Positions 19,821 through 29,226 of a stretch of DNA of 64,000 bases are shown piece after piece. The stretch is from an uncultured Chloroflexia bacterium. GTDB taxonomy: Bacteria > Chloroflexota > Limnocylindria > QHBO01. Made by a program: the position numbers and the translations under genes. The stretch covers positions 448,001 through 512,000 of the forward strand of contig CAWFCQ010000008.1 in NCBI GenBank assembly GCA_963814375.1. Direction: 5' to 3'. Within the stretch, counting starts at the first letter, position 1, and each line of letters starts with the position of its first letter. The notes below the pieces were generated by a model. That model had not been told where the DNA came from and did no database searches. It worked only from the letters and a program-made list of their open reading frames with translations.

Positions 19821-21163
19821 GGCTTCCGGGCTCGCGCCTTTCGATCGGGCTGAGGCGTCTGGCCATCGCCGCTCGCCGGCGCGACCGTCTCCTGGCCGAG
19901 ATCCTCATCGATGGGCGCCGCTGCATCGGACACGTCGACGGTATCCGCGACGGCCGGATCGGCTGGTGGGGGCAGCCCTCGGCCGACGGTGTCCGAGGGC
20001 ATCGGCAGATCGGGCGGTGCCAGCTCGGCATCCGCAAGCTCGTCCTGGCCCGTGCCCGCGGCCGGTGGCGTCTGTCCCGATATTGTCGTGACGCGCTGGG
20101 TGGTGGCCACCAGCATGTCCTGCGCGAATCGCTCGCTGAACCCGGCCAGGAACGCGAGGCTTCCATAGAAGAGGACCACGTCGGTGGGTGCGGTCGGTTC
20201 CTCGATCGGGATCAGACCCGACCCGACGATGAAGAAGAGGACGATCCCGAACACGGCGCCGATCACGGGCCGGAAGCCTCCCAACAGCCGGAGCTGCCAC
20301 GTGCCGGCGTCGTGATCGAGCTCCAGGTGCTGTCCGGTGAGCCGTGTCATGACGCTGACGACGGAGCCGACTCCGCCGAGGAGAATGCACACGACCAGGA
20401 TCTCGATCGTGGATCGCGCAGCACCGCCGATCGATTCTCCCCAGAGCAGCCGCCCGGCCATTGGTACGCCGAAACCCACCGCGAGTCCCACCAGCAGAAC
20501 CACGACGAACCCGACGGCCATGCCGACGATGTAATTGGTGACGGCGGCTCGGCGCGCCGCCCGCAGGTAGAAGTCCGCGGCGCGCTGGTAATCCCGCCTC
20601 TGGTAGGCGAGCGCCCGGCTCAGCAGCTCCTTGCCCTCGTCCGTCGTGCGCCCGAGCGGATCGGTCGGGTCGGTGAGGGCGTCCATCGTGTCGAGCGTGC
20701 CGGTCACCGCCGAGTAGATGAGCTCGAGGGCGGTGAAGCGTTCCGGGCCCTCCACGTTCGCCTTCACCGACGTCACGAGCGCCCTCGCCTCGTCGAGCCA
20801 GAACGTGAGCTCGGAGACCCGGGCCTTGAGCGGCGGGGTGATGATCTCGAACTCTCCGCGATCCGTGAGCACCGCACCGGCGGGCGTGTGGGTGGTCGTG
20901 TAGAAGTAGAGCGGCGTTCCGTACGCCGCGTTGAACGCCTGCCACAGGTGCGGGAGATACGCCTCGTAGGCGGTCCTCGCAGGCTCGTTGTCGGCGTTGG
21001 TGCGGTAGTAGTGGGCCTCGAGCACCTGGGAGAAGGTGGCTCGTTTCGACGCGATCGCGGCGTCGAACTCGGGATAGCCGGCCGGTGCCTGCTCGACCGC
21101 TCTCACCGCGGCTGTGTCCGCTCGATCCGGCAACTCACCCTCCAACCCGATGCGCTCGCGCAT
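19817..21163 (-). CDS. hypothetical membrane protein
   Basis: 448 aa with coding-like codon usage; soluble N-half, four TM helices (GGVGSVVSV, RPVIGAVFG, LAGFSERF), acidic tail. Confidence 0.75.
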   Translation of the reverse strand: MRERIGLEGELPDRADTAAVRAVEQAPAGYPEFDAAIASKRATFSQVLEAHYYRTNADNEPARTAYEAYLPHLWQAFNAAYGTPLYFYTTTHTPAGAVLTDRGEFEIITPPLKARVSELTFWLDEARALVTSVKANVEGPERFTALELIYSAVTGTLDTMDALTDPTDPLGRTTDEGKELLSRALAYQRRDYQRAADFYLRAARRAAVTNYIVGMAVGFVVVLLVGLAVGFGVPMAGRLLWGESIGGAARSTIEILVVCILLGGVGSVVSVMTRLTGQHLELDHDAGTWQLRLLGGFRPVIGAVFGIVLFFIVGSGLIPIEEPTAPTDVVLFYGSLAFLAGFSERFAQDMLVATTQRVTTISGQTPPAAGTGQDELADAELAPPDLPMPSDTVGRGLPPPADPAVADTVDVSDAAAPIDEDLGQETVAPASGDGQTPQPDRKARARKP

Positions 21164-21193
21164 GCTGCGCCATCGGGCGCATCCAGATCAAGG

Positions 21194-21910
21194 TCAGTCG
21201 ATAGCCGTGCGCAGCTCCTCCGCGCGCGCGAGATCGTCGGCAAGCGCCGCGCGCTCGTCGGGATCCAGGGAAATCAACGAGGCCTTGCCGAGGAGCTCGA
21301 TCGCGAGAGCGTCGTCACCGAGGGCGTGGGCGGCCTCCGCGCGAAGGATCAACGCCTGGACCTGGATGCGATCCGGTGCATCGGGCTCGTCGGCCATGGC
21401 AGCGTCGATGACCCGAGCGGTCGTCTGCGGGTCGCCCTTCGAGTCCATCAGCAGGGTTGCGGCACCGAGCGCCTTCTCGAGCCGCGAGGTCGGACGCGTC
21501 GCCTCATCGGTGACGGCCAACGGCTGACCGATGCGAATGATGTTGCCGCCGGGATCGGTCATGAGGAACTGGCGAACGCCGTAGGACATGTCCCTGAGCG
21601 CCCCGATCCGGGGGATGCCACGGGTCGGGATGCGCCCGAGGCTCCGCTTCATGCCTTCCCGGAAGTCGGCGTACAGCGTGTCGACGTCCGAGACGATGAC
21701 GTAGCACGTGCTGTATGAGTCGGCGGGCTCATAACCCTTGAGGACGAAGAACTGGAGCTCGATCGCGCCGCGCTGGACCGATGCGAACACGTTCGGCGTC
21801 TTCTGCCGGTAGGTGACCTCGAATCCGAGCGACTCGTAGAACTCGAGCTGATCGTCGATCGACCGGCACGGGAGGATCGGGATCATCCGATCGGGGGGCA
21901 GACCGCTCAC
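21194..21910 (-). CDS. VOC/bleomycin-resistance-like protein with helical C-terminal extension
   Basis: MIPILPCRS..FYESLGF, MTDPGGN..RIG. Confidence 0.85.
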   Translation of the reverse strand: MSGLPPDRMIPILPCRSIDDQLEFYESLGFEVTYRQKTPNVFASVQRGAIELQFFVLKGYEPADSYSTCYVIVSDVDTLYADFREGMKRSLGRIPTRGIPRIGALRDMSYGVRQFLMTDPGGNIIRIGQPLAVTDEATRPTSRLEKALGAATLLMDSKGDPQTTARVIDAAMADEPDAPDRIQVQALILRAEAAHALGDDALAIELLGKASLISLDPDERAALADDLARAEELRTAID

Positions 21911-21923
21911 CGAACCATCCTAC

Positions 21924-21951
21924 CGATGAGCGTGGCGGTCGACCGTGGTCT
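21924..21951 (+). promoter_or_regulatory. SigG/ECF56-type promoter CGATGA-N18-GTCT
   Basis: CGATGA 21924-21929, GTCT 21948-21951, just upstream of ATG 21960. Confidence 0.6.
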
Positions 21952-21959
21952 GATAGACC

Positions 21960-23552
21960 ATGACTCAGATGTCGGGCGAGAGCGCTGTGCCAGCACGGGC
22001 GACAAGCCGGGAGTGGATCGGCCTTGGGGTCCTCACGCTGGCAGCGCTCGTCTATGCGATGGATCTCACCGTGCTGAACCTCGCCATCCCTCGGATCAGC
22101 GAGGAGCTGCGGCCGTCGAGCGTGCAGCTGCTCTGGATGATCGACATCTATGGCTTCCTCGTCGCCGGTCTGCTGATCACGATGGGGACGCTTGGGGACC
22201 GCATCGGCCGCCGCAAGCTCCTGCTGTGGGGCGCCGGCGGCTTCGCCCTGGCGTCGCTGCTCGCCGCGTTCTCGGCCAGCTCAGAGATGCTCATCGCGAG
22301 CCGCGCGGTCATGGGGGTCGCAGGGGCGACCATCGCGCCGTCGACCCTGTCGCTGATCTTCACGATGTTCCTCGACACCAAGCAGCGTTCGACGGCGATC
22401 GGCGTCTGGATCGCCGCGTACTCCGCCGGAGGCGCCATCGGCCCTCTCCTGGGTGGCGTGCTCCTCGAGTTCTTCTGGTGGGGATCGGTCTTCCTGATCG
22501 GGGTTCCCGTGATGGCGCTTCTGCTCATCCTCGGCCCGCGCACCCTGCCCGAGTACCGGGACCCGAACGCCCGGCCACTCGACCTTGCGAGCGCCGCGAT
22601 GTCGCTGCTCGCCATCCTCGGCGTGGTGTATGGGCTGAAGGAGCTCGCGCAGGATGGGCTGGCGCCGATGCCGATACTCTCGATCGCGGCCGGCGTGCTT
22701 GTCGGGATCGTGTTCGTGCGCCGGCAGCTTCGGCTCGAGTCGCCGATCATCGACGTCCGCCTCTTCCGGATCCGAGCCTTCAGCGCCTCGCTCGGCACCT
22801 ACCTGCTCGGCATCTTCGTCGTCGTCGGCTACTTCCTCTTCATCTCTCAGTACCTCCAGCTCGTCCTCGGCCTCTCGCCGCTCAACGCCGCGCTGTGGTC
22901 CCTTCCGTCAGCGGTTGGGTTCATCGTCGGCTCAACCGTCGCGCCCAAGATCATTCATCGCTTCCGCCCGTCGCTGATCATGGGGGTGGGCATGGCGATC
23001 GCCGCGGTCGGCACCGCGATGCTCCTCGGGCTCTCCGTCGACGGCGAGGGGAGCCTGCTCATCATCGCCGCGGCATCGGTCGTGATCTCGCTCGGGCTCG
23101 CTCCCGTGATCACCCTTGCCACCGAGCTCATCGTGGGCAGCGCCCCGCCCGAGCAGGCCGGAGCCGCCACCGGGATGTCGGAGACGAGCGGCGAGCTGGG
23201 CGGCGCCCTCGGGATCGCGCTGCTCGGCAGTCTCGGTGTCGCGGTGTACCGCAGCGAGATAGGAGAGTCGCTCCCGTCCGGAATCCCCGCTGAGGCGGCG
23301 GACGCGGCGCTTGACACGCTCGGCGGTGCGGTTGCGATTGCTCAGACGCTTCCGGGAGAGCTGGGGACCGCGCTCGTCGAGGTGGCGCAGGTCGCCTTCG
23401 TCGATGCGCTCCACTTCGTCGCGGCGGTTGCCGCGGTGCTGGCTGCGGCGACGGCGATCATCGCCGCGGCTGCCCTCTGGAACGTCCCGGCTCGCTCCGA
23501 GCCGGCGCCGGATGAGGACGCGCCTTCCCAGGCCGTCGCCGCCACCGACTGA
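21960..23552 (+). CDS. MFS DHA2 (SmvA/QacA-like) efflux transporter
   Basis: DLTVLNLA, WMIDIY, GTLGDRIGRRKLL; about 14 TM helices. Confidence 0.92.
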   Translation: MTQMSGESAVPARATSREWIGLGVLTLAALVYAMDLTVLNLAIPRISEELRPSSVQLLWMIDIYGFLVAGLLITMGTLGDRIGRRKLLLWGAGGFALASLLAAFSASSEMLIASRAVMGVAGATIAPSTLSLIFTMFLDTKQRSTAIGVWIAAYSAGGAIGPLLGGVLLEFFWWGSVFLIGVPVMALLLILGPRTLPEYRDPNARPLDLASAAMSLLAILGVVYGLKELAQDGLAPMPILSIAAGVLVGIVFVRRQLRLESPIIDVRLFRIRAFSASLGTYLLGIFVVVGYFLFISQYLQLVLGLSPLNAALWSLPSAVGFIVGSTVAPKIIHRFRPSLIMGVGMAIAAVGTAMLLGLSVDGEGSLLIIAAASVVISLGLAPVITLATELIVGSAPPEQAGAATGMSETSGELGGALGIALLGSLGVAVYRSEIGESLPSGIPAEAADAALDTLGGAVAIAQTLPGELGTALVEVAQVAFVDALHFVAAVAAVLAAATAIIAAAALWNVPARSEPAPDEDAPSQAVAATD

Positions 23553-23763
23553 GCCGGCGTGGCATTGCGAACCGTTCGAATTCACACCGGGCTTGCGTTA
23601 GGCTCCGAATCGGCCCGCCAACCGTCGAGATTCACACCCGGTGGGCACCCGGGCCCGAAACTGACGGTTCGAGCCGCCTTCCCGGGCATAACGGTCAGCC
23701 CATGTGAAATCGGACGTTCCGTGCGTCGCCAAGGGCTTGACACCTGGGGCGTAGCCTCAGCGC

Positions 23764-24201
23764 ATGAGCACTGAACTGCCCGATGGCCCCGACCTCGACG
23801 AGATGCTCCAGCTCCTGCGCGACACCTTCCCCGATGCCGTGGTCGCCACCATCGACAGCGCCGCCTTCTTCTCGCTCGACGAGAAGCACTGGCCGAATTT
23901 CGCGACCGTGGTATGGACCGATGAGCACGACGAGGGTGCGCCATCGGACCTTGCCCGTGAGGGCGTCTATCGGGTCAACGTCGGCGTCGACCGCGAGACG
24001 TTCCAGCAGCTCGTCGGCCCGATGACCGACCCCGACTACGTCGCCCTCGATCGATTCATGCCGCACCCGGTCTACGCCAGGCAGCGATGGATCGCCATCC
24101 TCAACCCGAGCCACGAGACGATCCGATCCACGCTCATGCCGCTCATCGCGGCCGGTCATGCTCGACTCAGGGCACGACGTGCCGGCGCATCGGTCAGCTG
24201 A
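23764..24201 (+). CDS. DUF6194-like protein
   Basis: NFATVV, VYRVNVGV, MPHPVY...WIAILNP. Confidence 0.75.
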   Translation: MSTELPDGPDLDEMLQLLRDTFPDAVVATIDSAAFFSLDEKHWPNFATVVWTDEHDEGAPSDLAREGVYRVNVGVDRETFQQLVGPMTDPDYVALDRFMPHPVYARQRWIAILNPSHETIRSTLMPLIAAGHARLRARRAGASVS

Positions 24202-24218
24202 CGCTGGTTGGTGGCCGA

Positions 24219-24245
24219 TGTCGAGAATCGATGCTCGGCTCCGTT
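24219..24245 (+). promoter_or_regulatory. ECF42-type promoter TGTCGA...CGT
   Basis: TGTCGA 24219-24224, CGTT 24242-24245, upstream of the DGPF gene. Confidence 0.55.
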
Positions 24246-24301
24246 ATTGCGGTGAACGGTGCGAGACGCGCGCCGCGAAAACCGATGGAGGCACCCTGGA
24301 A

Positions 24302-24745
24302 ATGACCCGATACCTGCTCGGCGTGACCTTCGAGCCCGGCGTCGTCACCACCCCGATGGAGGAGTGGCAGCCGGAAGAGATCGAGGCGCACATGGACTAC
24401 TACCGCACGCTCAACCGTGAGCTGAGCCAGAACGGCGAGCTGACCGGGGGCGAGATCCTGACCGGCCCGGACCTCGCGAAGATCGTCACCTCTGACGGCG
24501 CGACGGCGCCGGTCGTCACCGACGGTCCGTTCGCCGAGTTCAAGGAGTGGCTCGCCGGGTACCAGATCTTCGATGTCGAGTCGGAGGAGCGTGCCCTCGA
24601 GATCGCCGCGCGACTTTCCGCCGTACCCGGCCCGGGCGGTGTTCCGCTCCAGCAGCCCATCCACGTTCGCCGGATCATGGACGAGGGCCCGTCGACGGCG
24701 GACGAGATGCGCGAGTACGCGGGGACCGCCGGAGGCGAGCGCTGA
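24302..24745 (+). CDS. YciI/DGPF-family protein
   Basis: VTDGPFAEFKEWLAGY; GGAGG RBS. Confidence 0.92.
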   Translation: MTRYLLGVTFEPGVVTTPMEEWQPEEIEAHMDYYRTLNRELSQNGELTGGEILTGPDLAKIVTSDGATAPVVTDGPFAEFKEWLAGYQIFDVESEERALEIAARLSAVPGPGGVPLQQPIHVRRIMDEGPSTADEMREYAGTAGGER

Positions 24746-25971
24746 CCGTCGAGACTCAGGTCGAGGGCCTGCTGCGCGAGATGGCGCCGCGGGTCCTCGC
24801 CTCCCTCGCCCGCCGATATGGCGATTTTGACGCGGCGGAGGATGCGGTCCAGGAGGCGCTCATCACCGCCGCCGAGCGGTGGCCGCGCTCCGGCATTCCC
24901 GATCAGCCATTCGGCTGGCTGACGCGCAGCGCGACGCGCCGCCTGGTCGATGCCTGGCGGTCGAACCGCGCCCGTGTGGAGCGCGAGCGCCTCGTCTCCA
25001 GCGGCCAGGCGACAACCTCGCCCTTAGTCGTCGCCGAAGAGGACGACTCGCTGCTCCTCCTGTTCCTCTGCTGCCATCCTGCGCTGCCGCCGGCATCGGC
25101 CATCCCGCTGACGCTGCGGGCGGTGGGTGGCCTGACAACGGCGGAGATCGCCCGCGCCTTCTTGGTTCCCGAGGCGACGATGGCCCAGCGGATCAGCCGG
25201 GCGAAGGGGCGCATCCGCGCCTCCGGCGTACCGTTCGCCATGCCGCCGACGGAGGAGCGCAGCGAGCGACTCCGGTCGGTGCTCCACGTCCTGTACCTGC
25301 TCTTCAACGAGGGCCACACGGCGAGCGCCGGTCCGTCGCTGCACCGCGTGGACCTGTCCGACGAGGCCATTCGCCTGGCCCGCATGCTCCTCGCCGCCGT
25401 GCCACAGGATGGGGAGGCCGCGGCGCTGCTGGCGCTCATGCTCCTGACCGATGCCCGACGGCCGGCACGCCTGGACGCCGATGGCGAGCTCGTCCCGCTT
25501 CCGGACCAGGACCGTTCGCTCTGGAGCCGCGAGCGCATTGCGGAGGGACTCGCGCTGCTGGGACGTGCGAGCGCTGCCGCGCCGCTTGGCGAGTACGGCG
25601 TGCAGGCGGCTATTGCAGCCGTCCACGACGAAGCCGTATCGGCCGACGCGACGGATTGGCCGACGATCGTGACGCTTTATCAGCAGCTGGAGGAGATGAC
25701 CGGCAACCCGGTCGTCACGGTCAACCGCGCGGTCGCCGTCGCCATGGCCGACGGGCCGGACGCCGGCCTCGCCTTGCTGGACGAGGCCAGCGACCGCCTC
25801 GGGTCGAGCCACCGACCTGATGCCGTGCGGGCTCATCTCCTCGAGATGGCGGGGGATCGGGAAGCGGCTGTGGTGTGCTACCGAGCGGCTGCTCAGCGAG
25901 CGACATCGGTCCCGGAGCGCCGGTATCTCACGATGCGGGCCGCCCGCCTGGTCCGATCTCGTACGCGCTGA
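24742..25971 (+). CDS. ECF42-type sigma factor with DUF6596/TPR extension
   Basis: AEDAVQEA, FLCCHPAL, EATMAQRISRAK, LPDQDRSLW, QAAIAAVH; start CTG 24742 or ATG 24781. Confidence 0.9.
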   Translation: MTVETQVEGLLREMAPRVLASLARRYGDFDAAEDAVQEALITAAERWPRSGIPDQPFGWLTRSATRRLVDAWRSNRARVERERLVSSGQATTSPLVVAEEDDSLLLLFLCCHPALPPASAIPLTLRAVGGLTTAEIARAFLVPEATMAQRISRAKGRIRASGVPFAMPPTEERSERLRSVLHVLYLLFNEGHTASAGPSLHRVDLSDEAIRLARMLLAAVPQDGEAAALLALMLLTDARRPARLDADGELVPLPDQDRSLWSRERIAEGLALLGRASAAAPLGEYGVQAAIAAVHDEAVSADATDWPTIVTLYQQLEEMTGNPVVTVNRAVAVAMADGPDAGLALLDEASDRLGSSHRPDAVRAHLLEMAGDREAAVVCYRAAAQRATSVPERRYLTMRAARLVRSRTR

Positions 25972-25996
25972 TGGACCGAAAGCCGATCGGCTGCGG

Positions 25997-26581
25997 ATGA
26001 CGCTCGATCGCCTGCCAGGACCGATGCGGCGATGGCTGTACGCGGGCGGGACACGCCAGGATCGGCTGCGCGATCCGGATGCGGTGATCGCGGCCCTCGA
26101 TGTCCGACCCGGCATGGTCGTCGGCGATCTCGGTCCGGGCGCGGGCCACTTCACCCTCCGCCTCGCGCGCGCGGTTGAGCCCGACGGCGTGGTGTTCGCG
26201 CTCGATGCGCGGCAGAGCATGCTCGATGACCTGCGCCGCGTCGCGGACGACCGTGGAATCACGACCCTGCGTCTGGTGCTCGTGCATCCGAAGAAGATCG
26301 AGATTCCGGAGCCGGTCGACCTTCTCTTCGTCTCGGCGACATATCACCATCTGCCGGAGCCGGCGAGGTATTTCGCGGAAGCTCGCCCCTACCTTCGGAG
26401 CGGGGCACGTGTCGCGATCCTCGAGTCTCGGCGCGAGGGTCTGCTGGCCCGTTGGCATGGGCGCCACGCGACGTCGCCTCGCCGCGTCGTCCGCCAGATG
26501 GCGGAGGCCGGGTATAGGCTCAGTGCGACTCACGACGTCGTTCGCGGCTACTGGTTCGGCCTGTTCGAGCTCGATCCCTGA
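25997..26581 (+). CDS. class I SAM-dependent methyltransferase
   Basis: VGDLGPGAGHFT, TYHHL. Confidence 0.8.
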   Translation: MTLDRLPGPMRRWLYAGGTRQDRLRDPDAVIAALDVRPGMVVGDLGPGAGHFTLRLARAVEPDGVVFALDARQSMLDDLRRVADDRGITTLRLVLVHPKKIEIPEPVDLLFVSATYHHLPEPARYFAEARPYLRSGARVAILESRREGLLARWHGRHATSPRRVVRQMAEAGYRLSATHDVVRGYWFGLFELDP

Positions 26582-26589
26582 GGAGCGCC

Positions 26590-27732
26590 TCACTCCCCGG
26601 TGTCTGAGGGCGGCCGGGTGGACCCGTCCGGCCAGGCGGCAATGCACACCTTGTTGCCGGCACGGTCGGCGAGAATCCAGCTGCCGGGCGCCGCCGACTC
26701 GTCCACGATGCGGCCACCGGCGGCCAGCGCTGTCGCGAGCCGTGCTTCGGCGTGCTCGCGCGCCACCGACACGTCGACATGCATCGCATGGCGCAATGGC
26801 TTGGCCTCATCCAGATCCTGCATCCAGACCGTCGATCCGTGTCCGAGCGGGTCGACGGCGTTGTCGCCCGCCATCGGCGAGTAGCCGAGCACCGCGCGCC
26901 AGAAGCCGACGTCGATCGCGTCGGGCTTCGCGGCGACCGCGACCTGAACCTCCTGGACGGCCGCCCGGTCGGCGTGCGCCCCGTGCTCGCGCGCAACTGC
27001 CGAGACCGCCCGCGCCAGCTCGACATGCCGGGGTTCCAGCTGCCACATGTCGCGGCTCAATCGCACCGTGAGGCGGTCATCCGCGATCGTCAGCAGCGCT
27101 CCCGAGCCCTCCAGGCCGGCGATCCCAACGATTGCCTCGGCGAGTTGAGCCGCCTGTCGAGCCGATCCGACGCGGAACAACGCGGTCGCGCCGCCGTGCA
27201 GCACGACCCAATCGTCGACACCATCCGTGGCGAGGAACTCCCGCCAGCCTTCCTCGCTCATGTCCGGCGGGAGCTCGAAGACGGGCCGACCCTTCGCAGC
27301 CTCAACCGGGTCGTTCAGATCGACGCCATCGACGGCTCGGATGAACCGCACACCGAACGGAACGCTGCGGGCAAGTCCGCCGAGATCGTCGCGGAAGAAA
27401 CCGATGCGGTTCTCGGGGCTCAGTTCGGTGGCGCGAACCTTCTCGGTCCGGCCGTGCTTGCTGACCGTCGCCTCGCCGGCGGCGCGGAGGTTGCGGACCC
27501 AGTGGACATCTCCCCACGGCGCCCAGATCCATCGCCTGCCCGAGTACTCAATGATCGCCACCGGATTGGTGCGAGGCAGGCCGCTCTTTCGGCCGCGGAT
27601 CGTGACCAGCCCGTTCGGGCCGAGCGGGATTCCGGCTCTGATGAGGAACGTGGCGAGGGGACTGAACATCGTGACCCACCACGGGGCGCCAGGATCGACG
27701 GCACTTCGGGCAGGCATCTCTTGAGCGGTCAT
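26590..27732 (-). CDS. in-frame fusion: DDN-like F420 oxidoreductase + pterin-dehydratase-like/VOC protein
   Basis: RGRKSGLPR..WVRNLRAAG..PVFEL continues without stop into MSEEGWREFL..FWRAVLGY..MHVDV..LADRAGNK. Confidence 0.75.
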   Translation of the reverse strand: MTAQEMPARSAVDPGAPWWVTMFSPLATFLIRAGIPLGPNGLVTIRGRKSGLPRTNPVAIIEYSGRRWIWAPWGDVHWVRNLRAAGEATVSKHGRTEKVRATELSPENRIGFFRDDLGGLARSVPFGVRFIRAVDGVDLNDPVEAAKGRPVFELPPDMSEEGWREFLATDGVDDWVVLHGGATALFRVGSARQAAQLAEAIVGIAGLEGSGALLTIADDRLTVRLSRDMWQLEPRHVELARAVSAVAREHGAHADRAAVQEVQVAVAAKPDAIDVGFWRAVLGYSPMAGDNAVDPLGHGSTVWMQDLDEAKPLRHAMHVDVSVAREHAEARLATALAAGGRIVDESAAPGSWILADRAGNKVCIAAWPDGSTRPPSDTGE

Positions 27733-27819
27733 GTGCTTGGGCCCCGCAATTGGTATGCCTCTGCCGACGACGCGGCCATCCAGGCGGCGCTTGCGTGCCG
27801 AATGGCGTAGCGTTGGACG

Positions 27820-28272
27820 GTGAGCCGGGAAGTCGAGGAATCGAATCGGCACCTCCTCCGCGCCCGCGACGCCATGGACCGCGCCTACGCCGAGCCGCTC
27901 GACGTGCGCGCCGTGGCCGCGGTGGCGCATGTTTCCGAGGCACATTTCATCCGCAGCTTCCGGGCCGCGTTCGGCGAGACGCCGCATCGGTACCTGCAAC
28001 GCCGTCGGGTGGAGCGCTCGATGTTCCTGCTTCGCGAGACGGATCGCAGCGTCACCGAGATCTGCTTCGACGTCGGCTTCACCAGCCTGGGGACCTTCAG
28101 CCGCACGTTCCGCGACATCGTTGGCGAGACGCCCTCGGGTTACCGGCAGGGGAACGGGCCGATCATCGCGCCGAACTGCGTCCAGATGGCTGTCACGCGC
28201 CCGCGTTCCGCGGCGCACGTGAAGCCGCGATCGAGCAGTTTCGGAGAAGCCGCAACGGCCGCGGCTCCCTAG
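27820..28272 (+). CDS. AraC-family regulator
   Basis: RARDAMDR.YAEPLD, GETPHRYL, GFTSLGTFSR. Confidence 0.92.
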   Translation: MSREVEESNRHLLRARDAMDRAYAEPLDVRAVAAVAHVSEAHFIRSFRAAFGETPHRYLQRRRVERSMFLLRETDRSVTEICFDVGFTSLGTFSRTFRDIVGETPSGYRQGNGPIIAPNCVQMAVTRPRSAAHVKPRSSSFGEAATAAAP

Positions 28273-28316
28273 CATGGCGGTCATCCACATCGAGACCCAC
28301 AGGGGAGATATTCGGA

Positions 28317-28775
28317 ATGACTGACACGAAGAAGCCCGCCAAGGGCAAGGCTGGTCGGGCAACGCCCGCCGAGGGATGGACGGCCGAAGAGAAGGCCGCG
28401 ATGAAGGAGCACAACCGAGAGCTGAAGGCGGCTCGCTCCGCGGAAGAAGCAGCCACCGAACTGCTCGCGAAGATTGCCGAAATGCCTGAACCGGATCGTG
28501 GCATGGCCGAGCGGATCCACGCCGTCGTCATGAAAAGCGCGCCCGATCTTGCTCCGAAGACCTGGTACGGGATGCCGGCGTATTACCGGGACGGCCAGGC
28601 CGTCTGCTTCTTCCAGCCCGCAGCGAAGTTCAAGGCGCGCTACGCGACCTTCGGCTTCAACGACTCGGCGACCCTGGACGACGGCGCCATGTGGGCAACC
28701 TCCTGGGCGCTGACCAAGCTGACGGCCGCGGACGAGAAGAAAATCGGCGAGCTCGTGAAGAAGGCCGTGAGCTGA
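28317..28775 (+). CDS. DUF1801 (YdhG-like) protein
   Basis: KTWYGMPAY, CFFQ, RYATFGF. Confidence 0.88.
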   Translation: MTDTKKPAKGKAGRATPAEGWTAEEKAAMKEHNRELKAARSAEEAATELLAKIAEMPEPDRGMAERIHAVVMKSAPDLAPKTWYGMPAYYRDGQAVCFFQPAAKFKARYATFGFNDSATLDDGAMWATSWALTKLTAADEKKIGELVKKAVS

Positions 28776-29203
28776 TGATCGCAAGTCTGCAGGTGACGAC
28801 CATCTACGTCCTCGAGAAGGACGAGGCGCTCGACTTCTACGTCAACAAGCTCGGCCTCGAAGTGGGTGATGACTTCAAGCAGGGCTCCTACCGATGGCTC
28901 ACGGTGCGCGTGCCCGGTGACTCGGTCACCTCGATCTCACTCGAGGAGCCTGGCCCGCCGCTCCACGACGACGCGACCGGGGCGCAGATTCGCGAGCTGG
29001 TCACCAAGGGCGCCATGAACGGCCTCGTCTTCAAGACTGACGACATCAGGGGGCTGTTCGAGAACCTCAAGGCGAACGGCGTGACCGACTTCACGCAGGA
29101 GCCGACGGAACACTTCTACGGCACCGACATGGGCATCCGCGACCCGTTCGGCAACGCCATTCGGATTCTTCAGCAGGGCGACGCCCAAGAGGCAACCGCC
29201 TGA
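28775..29203 (+). CDS. VOC/glyoxalase-family protein
   Basis: ALDFYVNKLG, RWLTV, RDPFGN. Confidence 0.9.
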   Translation: MIASLQVTTIYVLEKDEALDFYVNKLGLEVGDDFKQGSYRWLTVRVPGDSVTSISLEEPGPPLHDDATGAQIRELVTKGAMNGLVFKTDDIRGLFENLKANGVTDFTQEPTEHFYGTDMGIRDPFGNAIRILQQGDAQEATA

Positions 29204-29226
29204 ATCCGACCCACTGACCCGATGCG

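Noticed and set aside
23737-23757. TTGACA as the -35 of the 23764 gene
   Set aside because: It lies only 9 nt from the TAGCCT -10.
27733-28362. N-terminal extension of the 590-aa ORF
   Set aside because: It is antisense to the AraC gene; the real start is near 27732.
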